A DNA stretch of 35,206 nt from Kofleriaceae bacterium (GTDB lineage: Bacteria; Myxococcota_A; Polyangia; Haliangiales; Haliangiaceae). The DNA lies in contig JBKJLC010000212.1 in assembly GCA_046597055.1 (NCBI GenBank), forward strand, positions 1-35,206, read 5' to 3'. The translations under genes were made by a program, and so were the position numbers. Position 1 is the first letter of the stretch; each line of letters starts with the position of its first letter. Positions 27,341-35,206 of this stretch are shown here, piece by piece. Under the pieces are notes generated by a model. That model did not search any database. It had not been told where the DNA came from and was given only the letters and a program-made list of their open reading frames with translations.

Positions 27341-28938
27341 GTCTCCGTGCGATGAGCGGTGCGGCCGTGGCCGCGCTGGTGATGGCGGCCACCGCGGCGC
27401 GCGCCGACGTCGTGGCCCCCGGCGTGGTCGTCAAGGTCGATGCCGGCGAGATCTACGTCAACCTCGGCAGCAACAAGGGGGTCGCCGATGGCGCCGCGCT
27501 GCGACTCAAGCGTCCGATCGTGCTGCGTCATCCGGTGACCCGGGCCCCGGTGCGCGACTGGCTGCCGCTCGGCTCGGCGACCATCACCAGCGCCGGCGGC
27601 ACGCTGGCGATGGCGGTGCTCGACGACGTCCTGCATGCCCAGGTCAGGGTCGGCGATCTGGTCGAGGTCTATGTCGAGCGTGAGGAGTCGCGGCCGGCAC
27701 CTGCGGCGCCCGCGCCGGCCCCGCCGCCCGACGCGCAGGGCCCGCTGCCCGCGATCGACGCCGACACCGCGTCGGTCCTGCAGGTCTGGGCCGCGCAGTC
27801 CGGCCAGTCGCTCGACCGTCGCGTCGCGGCCTGGGAAGGCTGGCTCGCGACCCACGCCGACTCGGCGCTCGCGGCCGGGGTCCGCGACGACCTCGAGGTG
27901 CTGCGCGCGCAGCGCGAGGCGGCCACGCCCCGGCGACCCACCGCCGGCGGCGCCACCGCGGCGCTCGGGCACATCGCCCCGACCCGCGCCCAGATCGGTG
28001 ACGACATCCCGCTGGTGTTCGTGATGGAGGATCCCGGCCGGGTGGTGACGGCGTCCCTGCACTACCGCGTCGCCGGTGCGCGGACCTACCGCCGCCTGCT
28101 GCTCGGGCGCGAGCACGACCTCTACCTGCGCGGGACCATCCCCGCCGCGGTGGTCGCGGCGCCCGGCGTCGAGTACTTCGTCGAGGCGACCCTGGCCACG
28201 GGCGCGAGCGGCGCCGCCGCGGGCACCCCCGACCAGCCGCTGAAGGTGACGGTCGCGCCGCCGCCGTTGATCGATCGGTTCGTCGGCACCCGCAACCGCA
28301 CGCGGATGTCGATCATGGCGAGCTACCTCGACTTCGGAAACCTCGACGACCGCCCGGGCGACCGCACCGATCGCTTCTATCTCGGCGAGGTCGACGTGCT
28401 GTTTCGCATCGGCGACGTGCTGTGGGGCGTGCGCGCGGGCTACGGCTCGTACGGCGGCCGCGGTGGCCTCGCCAACCAGGTGTGGACCGAACCAGCGCCG
28501 GCGCCGGAGGTCGGCTTCCAGTATGGCTACGCCGAGGCCGAGGTCCGGGCGCCGAGCGCGAAGGGCCCACCCCTGGGCGCCGCCGCGCGCCTGTACGCCG
28601 GCGTCGGCAACGAGGGCTTCGGCCTCGGCATCGCCGGGCGGGTCCGGATCGGCGACGCCGATCTCACCAACCTGTCGGCCAGCGTCTCGACGATCGATCA
28701 GGTCGGCTTCTTCTCGGATCTGCGGCTCGAGGCCTGGCCGGATCGCCGGCTCCCGGTCGGCATCTCGGTCGGAGTCACCGACCAGCCGGGCACGGGCGAC
28801 CTCGGCGTCCGCCTCGCGGCCGACCTCGGCTGGCGCGCGCGGTCGTGGATCCAACCCACCGTGCGGCTGTCCTGGCAGGGCCGGACCGCCGTGCACTCGG
28901 GCCTGGGCGGCGGCCTCGGCTTGGTCTTCGACTGGTGA
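27337..28938 (+). CDS. Putative outer-membrane protein type A: FlgT-C-like beta domain, helical pair, Ig-like domain, beta-barrel
   Basis: ATGA overlap, GGAGG SD, signal peptide. Motifs VVKVDAGEIYVNLGSNKGVADG...HPVT...VRVGDLV and LHYRVAG...GTIPAAVVAAPGVEYFVEA. Ends GLGLVFDW. Confidence 0.8.
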   Translation: MSLRAMSGAAVAALVMAATAARADVVAPGVVVKVDAGEIYVNLGSNKGVADGAALRLKRPIVLRHPVTRAPVRDWLPLGSATITSAGGTLAMAVLDDVLHAQVRVGDLVEVYVEREESRPAPAAPAPAPPPDAQGPLPAIDADTASVLQVWAAQSGQSLDRRVAAWEGWLATHADSALAAGVRDDLEVLRAQREAATPRRPTAGGATAALGHIAPTRAQIGDDIPLVFVMEDPGRVVTASLHYRVAGARTYRRLLLGREHDLYLRGTIPAAVVAAPGVEYFVEATLATGASGAAAGTPDQPLKVTVAPPPLIDRFVGTRNRTRMSIMASYLDFGNLDDRPGDRTDRFYLGEVDVLFRIGDVLWGVRAGYGSYGGRGGLANQVWTEPAPAPEVGFQYGYAEAEVRAPSAKGPPLGAAARLYAGVGNEGFGLGIAGRVRIGDADLTNLSASVSTIDQVGFFSDLRLEAWPDRRLPVGISVGVTDQPGTGDLGVRLAADLGWRARSWIQPTVRLSWQGRTAVHSGLGGGLGLVFDW

Positions 28939-28946
28939 GGCACCTC

Positions 28947-30083
28947 ATGCGCATCCCATCTCACATCGCAACCGGCCGGCGGCTCGTGCGCCGCGCCGCG
29001 CTGACGGCGGCGACCGCGCTCGCGCTCGCCGCGCTGACCCCCGCCGCGGCCAGCGCCGGCGGCGTCCGCCACCTGCCACCCGCCGAGGCCACCGCTGGCG
29101 AGGTGCTCGCGCTCACCGTCGAGGTCGCCCGCGCCAGCGAGCGCACGCTCTACCTGCGCTATCGCCCGGTCGGGGCGGTGTCGTGGTCGACCCTCGAGTT
29201 CGCGCGGACCGATGACGACGGCTGGGTCGCCAAGGTGCCGGCGGCCCAGGTCGCGCCGCCCGGGATCGAGTACTTCATCGCGTCGAGCGAGAAGGATGGC
29301 CCCGAGGCGACCGAGTTCGCCTCGCCGGCCGCGCCCCACCGGGTCGGCGTGCTCGCCACCAGCGTCGAGCTGCGCCGCGACCGCGATCTGGCGCGCGTCA
29401 AGCAGCGCCGCTCGCGCGTGCACGTCGCCGCCGAGTACGTCAGCTACGGCGACCGGCAGCGACCGACCGCCGGCGGCGAGGTGTCGATCGCCGATCATTA
29501 CTACCGGGTCGACGCCGCCTTCAGCTATCGCCTGCTGACCTATCCGCTCGAGGAGATCCGCTTCGGCTACACCCGCCTCGAGGGCACCGTGCCCAATTCG
29601 CCGCGCGAGCTGGCCGAGGTCTGCGCGAGCGACGCCGAGGACGAGGGCTGCCGCCTCGCCGCCGGCTTCAAGGTCGGCGGCTGGTTCGAGCTCGGCCTGG
29701 CGCCGATCGAAGGCGTGCGCTTCGACGCGCGCGGCATGTTCACCGCCAACCAAAAGGGCTTCGCGGTCGGCGCCCGCGGCGAGCTGCGCACCGGGCTCCG
29801 CGACGGCAACCACGTCGCGATCGGCGCCGAGTACATGGCCGACGTCGGCACCACCGGCTTCTTCCGCCTCGGCTGGGACACGGTGCCCATGGTGGCGATG
29901 GCCGCCACCGTCGAGGTCACCGACATGCCGGCCAGCGTGCGCGCGACCGGCGTGCGCCTGCTCTACGACGCGTTCGTTCCGCTCTCCAACGGCCTGCGCC
30001 TCGGCGCACGCATCGGATACGCCGCCCGCGATCAGCGGATCGGCGGCCCCACCGCTGGCCTCGGCGCCAGCTTCGACTTCTGA
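28947..30083 (+). CDS. Putative outer-membrane protein type B: Ig-like domain plus beta-barrel
   Basis: ATG 28947 with GAGG SD. Arg-rich signal peptide. HLPP...LRYRPVG...VPAAQVAPPGIEYFI...FASPAAPH. Ends GLGASFDF. Confidence 0.8.
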   Translation: MRIPSHIATGRRLVRRAALTAATALALAALTPAAASAGGVRHLPPAEATAGEVLALTVEVARASERTLYLRYRPVGAVSWSTLEFARTDDDGWVAKVPAAQVAPPGIEYFIASSEKDGPEATEFASPAAPHRVGVLATSVELRRDRDLARVKQRRSRVHVAAEYVSYGDRQRPTAGGEVSIADHYYRVDAAFSYRLLTYPLEEIRFGYTRLEGTVPNSPRELAEVCASDAEDEGCRLAAGFKVGGWFELGLAPIEGVRFDARGMFTANQKGFAVGARGELRTGLRDGNHVAIGAEYMADVGTTGFFRLGWDTVPMVAMAATVEVTDMPASVRATGVRLLYDAFVPLSNGLRLGARIGYAARDQRIGGPTAGLGASFDF

Positions 30084-30090
30084 GGACCCC

Positions 30091-31830
30091 ATGCAGAAGC
30101 TCGCGATCACGATGGTCTTTCTCGCGGCCGCCGCCGTCCCGGCCGCGGCCGAGCCGGTGGTGCTCTCGGTCGAGCGTGGCCTGGTCTACGTCGACCTCGG
30201 CAGCCGTGACGGGGTCGGTGACGGCACCGAGCTCGAGCTGGTGCGCGAGGTCGTCGCGCGCGACCCGGTCAGCGGCCAGGTCCTGCGCGACAAGTTCGCG
30301 CTCGGCACGCTGGTCGTCACCAAGGCCGGCGACCGGGTCTGCGCGGCGCGGCCGTCGGAGGCGATGGCCGGCCGGGTCCGCGCCGGTGACGAGATCCGGC
30401 TCTCGTCCGAGAAGCGGACGTTCATCGACCCCTGGGCCCAGCGGGTGCTGGCGTCGCAGCAGCCGGCCGACCGGCCGGGCCCGGCGGTCGCGATCGGACC
30501 CGGCGCCGACCGGGCCGGGGCCACCCGCGCGGTCGAGGAAGCGGTGGCGGCACAAGCCGTGTGGGCCGCCACCCTCGGCAAGGATCCTGCCGCGCGGGCC
30601 GGTGCCTGGCGCAGCTTCCTCGCGGCGCGCCCGACCACGCCCTACGCCGCGGCGATCCGCGCCGAGCTGGCGAGCCTCGAGGCCCAGGCGCTCGCGCTCG
30701 AGCGGGCCGAGGCGGCCGCGCGCACGCCGACCGTGGTGGTCGACCGCCGCCGGGCGCTGGCGGATGCGCTGGCCGCGCTGGTCGGCGAGGCGAGCGGCGC
30801 GCTGTGGGCGTCGGCGCCGACCCGGGTCGGGCCCGGCCAGCCGGTCACCCTGGCCTTCACGCAACGTGGGCGCCTCGAGGGCGCGGCCTGGCTGTACGTG
30901 CGACCGGGCGGCACCGAGGCCTTCCAGCGGATCGCGCTCGTCCCCGAGGGCGACGGCTATCTGCGCGCGACGATCCCGGCCGCCATGGTGACCGGCGACA
31001 GGGTCGACTGGTTCGTCGAGGTCGGCGAGAGCTCGCCGGGGATCGGGAGCCGGGCCGAGCCGCGCACGATCGTGGTCGACCGCGAGGTCGGCGAGGCGCC
31101 GCCGGCCACGGGCCGCAGCCAGATCGCGCTGCGCATCGACTACGTCGACTTCGACGGTGGCTTCGAGAAGGGCTTCGACCAGTACCGCCAGTTCGAGGCC
31201 GAGTTCGCCTACCGGTTCCTGCAGCCGGTCCACACCGTGCGGCTCGGCTTCGGCTCGCTGTCGGGCAAGGGCGGGCCCAAGGACGTCATCGATCTCGACA
31301 AGGAGATGTGCATCGATGCCGGCGGTGCCCATCGCTGCCGGTCGGTGGAGTTCACCTACGTGTTCACCGAGATCGAGCTGCGGCCGCGCAAGATGATCGC
31401 GGTGATGCTGCGCCCGCAGGCCGGGCTGCTCACCACCAACCGCGTGCGCGAGCGGGTCGAGGCCTCGGACTGCCGCGACACCAGCGACATCGAGAACTGC
31501 GAGTTCTTCGCCGGCTTCGGCTTCCGCGGCCGGGTCCGCTTCGGCGAGGAGGACTCGACCAACCTCGAGCTCAGCGCCGCCTTCACCGACCGGGTCGGGA
31601 CCCTGTTCGAGGCCGCCTACAACTGGGCGCCGCGCTACGAGTTTCCGATCCACCTCGCGGTCCAGGTCACCGATCTGCCGGTGCCCGAGGACCTCGGCGT
31701 CCGCCTCATCACCGAGGTCGGCTGGCGTGAGTGGTCCCGCGTCTATCCCTCGCTGCGCCTGTCCTACCAGGCGCGCGACATCGATCACCTCGGCGTGTCC
31801 GGGGGCGTCGGCCTCAACTTCGACTGGTGA
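30091..31830 (+). CDS. Putative outer-membrane protein type A' (paralog of 27337-28938)
   Basis: Signal peptide. VLSVERGLVYVDLGSRDGVGDG...DPVSG...VRAGDEI, AWRSFLAARPTTPYA, YLRATIPAAMV. Ends GVGLNFDW. Confidence 0.82.
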   Translation: MQKLAITMVFLAAAAVPAAAEPVVLSVERGLVYVDLGSRDGVGDGTELELVREVVARDPVSGQVLRDKFALGTLVVTKAGDRVCAARPSEAMAGRVRAGDEIRLSSEKRTFIDPWAQRVLASQQPADRPGPAVAIGPGADRAGATRAVEEAVAAQAVWAATLGKDPAARAGAWRSFLAARPTTPYAAAIRAELASLEAQALALERAEAAARTPTVVVDRRRALADALAALVGEASGALWASAPTRVGPGQPVTLAFTQRGRLEGAAWLYVRPGGTEAFQRIALVPEGDGYLRATIPAAMVTGDRVDWFVEVGESSPGIGSRAEPRTIVVDREVGEAPPATGRSQIALRIDYVDFDGGFEKGFDQYRQFEAEFAYRFLQPVHTVRLGFGSLSGKGGPKDVIDLDKEMCIDAGGAHRCRSVEFTYVFTEIELRPRKMIAVMLRPQAGLLTTNRVRERVEASDCRDTSDIENCEFFAGFGFRGRVRFGEEDSTNLELSAAFTDRVGTLFEAAYNWAPRYEFPIHLAVQVTDLPVPEDLGVRLITEVGWREWSRVYPSLRLSYQARDIDHLGVSGGVGLNFDW

Positions 31831-31838
31831 GGACCCTC

Positions 31839-32939
31839 ATGCGTCTCCTCGCGGCCATCATCGTCACGCTCCTCGCCACGCCGGTCGCGGCGCAGGCGCC
31901 CTCGCCACTCGCGGCCAACGCCGTCGAGCCGGCGCCCACCCCGGCCGCCCCGGCCACCGCCGCGGCCGCGCGCGCCACCGTGCTCCACGTGCCGGTGGCC
32001 GAGGCCATCCCGCACCGGCCGATCGAGATCATCGCGACCATCGACGGCGCCTGGGCCGAGCCGATGCTGGTGGTGCGCTGGCGCGCCCGCGGCACCGGCG
32101 CCTGGCGCGACACCCCGTTCGAGCAGTCATCGGCCGGCGGCTGGTACGCGATCCTGCCGCCCGCGGCCAGCGTGCCACCCGGCGCCGAGTACTACATCGT
32201 CGGCACCGGCGGTCCGGGTCGCGAGGTCCCGCACTTCGCGTCGGCGGCCGCGCCGCAGGCCATCCGGATCGAGCCGGGGCTGGTCGATCGTCTCGAGCTC
32301 CTCGACGACGGTCGCACCGGCGGCCGCACCGAGTCGGTGTCGTTCGACGTCGATGGCCACGACTTCGGCAACCGCTACGGCGAGCAGGACCGGTTCGCCC
32401 GCGCCGAGCTGCGCTGGAGTCATCGGGTATCGCGGAAGTTGCACGCGGTCAGCTTCGGGTTCGTGTCGATCTGGGGCAAGACTCCCGACACGGTCGGCCC
32501 GTTCGCCGGCACCGCCACCACGCTCGCGCGCTATGGCAATGCTGCCGTCAGCCTGCGGCCCCATCCGTCGGTCTTCGTCGACGCCCGGCTCGCGCTCGGC
32601 GTCTCTCACGAGGGCTTCCTCAAGGGTGTCGGTGGCACCGTGACCTTCGGCAAGCCGTGGCGGGCCAACCTGTCGATGGGCGCCGATCTGCTCGACGACC
32701 TGGGCCCGACCGCCTTTGTCCGCCTGCAGTGGGACACCGCGGTGCCCCTGATCATGGGTGCGTCGGTCGTCCGCACCGACCTGCCGGGCGCGGTGGTCGA
32801 AGCCGACGGCCTCTACGTGAAGTACGACGTGGCCTGGGCGCTACGGCCGGCGTTCACGGCGCGCGCGGCGTTCTCGTACGGCGCGCGCGATGGGGCCGGG
32901 CGCTTCGGCGGTGGCCTCGGCGTCCAGACGGACTTCTGA
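31839..32939 (+). CDS. Putative outer-membrane protein type B' (paralog of 28947-30083)
   Basis: ATG 31839 with GAGGA SD, signal peptide. HVPV...VRWRARG...VPPGAEYYI...FASAAAPQ. Ends GLGVQTDF. Confidence 0.8.
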   Translation: MRLLAAIIVTLLATPVAAQAPSPLAANAVEPAPTPAAPATAAAARATVLHVPVAEAIPHRPIEIIATIDGAWAEPMLVVRWRARGTGAWRDTPFEQSSAGGWYAILPPAASVPPGAEYYIVGTGGPGREVPHFASAAAPQAIRIEPGLVDRLELLDDGRTGGRTESVSFDVDGHDFGNRYGEQDRFARAELRWSHRVSRKLHAVSFGFVSIWGKTPDTVGPFAGTATTLARYGNAAVSLRPHPSVFVDARLALGVSHEGFLKGVGGTVTFGKPWRANLSMGADLLDDLGPTAFVRLQWDTAVPLIMGASVVRTDLPGAVVEADGLYVKYDVAWALRPAFTARAAFSYGARDGAGRFGGGLGVQTDF

Positions 32940-32950
32940 GTTCGCGACGC

Positions 32951-34300
32951 TCAGGCGTCGTCGTCGCCGACGCCCAGCAGGCGCACGAGCTCGCCGCCGG
33001 CGGGCGCGAGCTTCTGCAGGCTCGCCAGGTGATGCAGGAGCAGCGCGCGGTTGTCGCCGACCGACAGGTTCTGCAGCTCGAGCGCGCCGATGCGATCCTC
33101 GGGCGTGAACGCCGGCGCCTCGACCCGCTCCATCGATAGCTTGTCGGGTGCGTACGCCATGTACTCGGCGCGGGTCGCCACGATCGTGTAGTCGTCGCCG
33201 CGGCGCAGCTCGAGCGTGACCTCACCGGTCACCGCGGGCGCAACCCACCGGGTCAGCGCGTCCTTCAGCATGCACGCCTCGGGGTCGTACCACTTGCCCT
33301 CGTAGAGCAGGCGGCCGAGCCGGCGACCCAGCGAGGCATACAGGTCGAGGGTGTTCTCGTTGTGGATCGCCGACAGCAGCCGCTCGTAGACGATGTGGAG
33401 GAGCGCCATCGCCGGCGCTTCGTAGATGCCGCGGCTCTTGGCGTCGATCACCCGGTTCTCGATCTGGTCGCTCATGCCCAGGCCGTGGCGGCCGCCGATG
33501 CGGTTGCACTCGACGAACAGGTCGAACATGGAGTCGAAGCGACGGCCATCGAGGGTCGCCGGCCGACCCTGCTCGAAGCCGACCGTGATCTCCTCGGCCG
33601 CGATCGCGACGTCGGTCCGCCACGGCGCCACGCCCATGATCGGGTTGACGATGCGCATCCCGGCGTCGAGCCGCTCGAGGTCCTTGGCCTCGTGGGTGGC
33701 GCCGAGCAGGTTGGCGTCGGTCGAGTAGGCCTTCTCGACGCCGGTCCGATACGGCTTGCCGATCCGCGCCAGGTACTCGGCCATCTCGGTGCGGCCGCCG
33801 AACGCCTGGACAAAGGCGGCGTCGAGCCACGGCTTGTAGATGCGCAGCCCGGGGTCGACCAGGATGCCGTACCGGTAGAAGCGCTGGATGTCGTTGCCCT
33901 TGTGGGTCGAGCCATCGCCGAAGACGTGGACGTCGTCCTCGACCATCGCGCGCACGATCGCGGTGGTGGTCACCGCGCGGCCGAGCGGCGTGGTGTTGAA
34001 GTACTTCTTGCCGCCGCTCGACAGATGGAACGCGCCGCAGTGGATCGCGGCGAGGCCCTCGCGGACCAGCGCGTCGCGGCAGTCGACCAGCCGGGCGACC
34101 CGCGCGCCGTGCTCGAGCGCGCCGGGCGGGATGTCGGCCGCGCTCGCCTCGTCGGGCTGCGCGAGGTCGGCGGTGTACGCGTACACCTCCATGCCTTGCT
34201 CGGTCAGCCAGGCGACCGCGCAGCGGGTGTCGAGCCCACCCGAGTACGCGATCGCGAGGCGAGTGCCCTTGGGCGGCAGCGAGCGATAGATGCGGCTCAT
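32951..34300 (-). CDS. argG: Argininosuccinate synthase (E. coli-like type 2)
   Basis: [64 protein letters not shown]. Start ATG 34300. Confidence 0.97.
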   Translation of the reverse strand: MSRIYRSLPPKGTRLAIAYSGGLDTRCAVAWLTEQGMEVYAYTADLAQPDEASAADIPPGALEHGARVARLVDCRDALVREGLAAIHCGAFHLSSGGKKYFNTTPLGRAVTTTAIVRAMVEDDVHVFGDGSTHKGNDIQRFYRYGILVDPGLRIYKPWLDAAFVQAFGGRTEMAEYLARIGKPYRTGVEKAYSTDANLLGATHEAKDLERLDAGMRIVNPIMGVAPWRTDVAIAAEEITVGFEQGRPATLDGRRFDSMFDLFVECNRIGGRHGLGMSDQIENRVIDAKSRGIYEAPAMALLHIVYERLLSAIHNENTLDLYASLGRRLGRLLYEGKWYDPEACMLKDALTRWVAPAVTGEVTLELRRGDDYTIVATRAEYMAYAPDKLSMERVEAPAFTPEDRIGALELQNLSVGDNRALLLHHLASLQKLAPAGGELVRLLGVGDDDA

Positions 34301-34388
34301 GCCGTCTCGTACCACGACGCCAGCCGCCGCAACCGACGACGGCCCGCCGCGAGCGGCGAGCCGTCCTGAGCCGCGTTTTTGGCGGGGA

Positions 34389-35206
34389 TCAGAGCTGGCA
34401 GGCGACGCCGGCGCCGGTGACCGCGCGCCGCTTCGAGTGGGTCCACAGCGGGTTCCAGTAGCTGGTGCGGATCGTGGCCGAGGCGCTCGCGCTGTCGACC
34501 ACGTGACCGTACTCGGTCAGGCCGGCCGGGTACAGGTTCTGCGAGCCGATGTAAAAGGCCGCGTCGTCGACGAACAGCAGCTTGGCGTGGTTGCCGGGGA
34601 TGCCGCCGGTCGACCAGGTGTCGTCGGCCGAGAACCGCAGCGGCGCGAGGTTCAGGCGCTGGCAGACCAGGGCGTCGAGCGCGGCGCCGGTCGGCATGCC
34701 GGGCTGCTCGGCCATGATGTCGCGCATCTTGCGGGCGATCTCGACCAGGGTCCAGTAGTTCGAATACAGCGCGGTCGAGCCCGGGCCCCCGACGCGCGAG
34801 GCCGGGTCCGACACCACGATGTAGACGTCGACCCCGCGCGCCATCGCGGCGCCGAGCGCCTCGATGACCTCGCGCGGCCAGTCGGAGATCGGGAAGCCGA
34901 CCACCGGCACCTTGAACGGGCCGATGTCCTGCTGCGAGATGCGCACCGTCTTCTCGGCCGCCTCGATCATCGCGACCTGGGCGAGGTCACCCTGGTTCGC
35001 GTCGTTCTCCTTGTCGACCCACGCGAGCCGACCGGCGGCGATGATGGTGGTGTCGCCCCCGGTCGCGACCGCGGCGGGCAGGGTCAGGTCACCGGGGCAG
35101 CGGTCGGTGATGGCGCCCGCCGACCAGGTGAACGCGGTGACCGACCAGGTCATGCGGGTGATCCAGGTCCGGTTGGCGCAGGTCCGCTTCGCCAACGTGC
35201 AGTGGA
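34389..35206 (-). CDS. Phospholipase D-family protein, C-terminal half (5' end outside the window)
   Basis: [21 protein letters not shown] is an HxKxxxxD...GSxN motif. Also VRISQQDI and [11 protein letters not shown]. Resembles Streptomyces-type PLD. Frame is open to the window edge. Confidence 0.88.
   Translation of the reverse strand, partial: HCTLAKRTCANRTWITRMTWSVTAFTWSAGAITDRCPGDLTLPAAVATGGDTTIIAAGRLAWVDKENDANQGDLAQVAMIEAAEKTVRISQQDIGPFKVPVVGFPISDWPREVIEALGAAMARGVDVYIVVSDPASRVGGPGSTALYSNYWTLVEIARKMRDIMAEQPGMPTGAALDALVCQRLNLAPLRFSADDTWSTGGIPGNHAKLLFVDDAAFYIGSQNLYPAGLTEYGHVVDSASASATIRTSYWNPLWTHSKRRAVTGAGVACQL

Noticed and set aside
26101..28896. 931-aa minus-strand ORF and similar long antisense ORFs (12178-14625, 22716-24947, 5741-7633, 8542-10383, 29917-31788, 333-1463)
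   Set aside because: Shadow ORFs opposite well-supported genes. They are Arg/Ala/Gly-rich with no motifs, as expected from stop-codon scarcity in high-GC DNA.
28947..29060. Tat signal peptide on outer-membrane protein B (GRRLVRRAAL)
   Set aside because: It lacks the S/T-R-R-x-F-L consensus, the paralogs have ordinary Sec signals, and Arg pairs are common in GC-rich N-termini.
27337..32939. Flagellar, TonB-dependent receptor or autotransporter assignment for the four-gene cluster
   Set aside because: No flagellar genes nearby. The barrels (roughly 220-250 aa) are too small for TonB receptors, with no plug or TonB box and no beta-helical passenger domain.

Overview
Very GC-rich bacterial DNA, most likely from a myxobacterium (Myxococcota). 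This is inferred from the Ser/Thr kinase, Cys-rich lipoprotein, PEGA-like domain and codon usage. There are about 33 CDSs and no rRNA, tRNA, CRISPR array or mobile element. Recognisable genes: partial YegD-like Hsp70, enoyl-CoA hydratase, LolC/E permease, TetR regulator, Ser/Thr kinase, M20 peptidase, clpS-clpA, AlkB-like dioxygenase, argG and a partial phospholipase D. Two uncharacterised multi-gene systems stand out. (1) 5141-13215: an operon built on a GlmL/MutL-family ASKHA ATPase, with no glutamate mutase subunits nearby. The ATPase is followed by a barrel-sandwich-hybrid/KOW protein and four tightly coupled membrane proteins, two carrying PEGA-like or ComEA-like helix-hairpin-helix inserts. 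It looks like an ATP-driven membrane complex. (2) 26705-32939: a lipoprotein plus four paralogous Ig-like/beta-barrel outer-membrane proteins arranged A-B-A'-B', behind a candidate sigma54 promoter. Several genes appear to be leaderless. All family calls come from motif recognition by eye, not from database searches.
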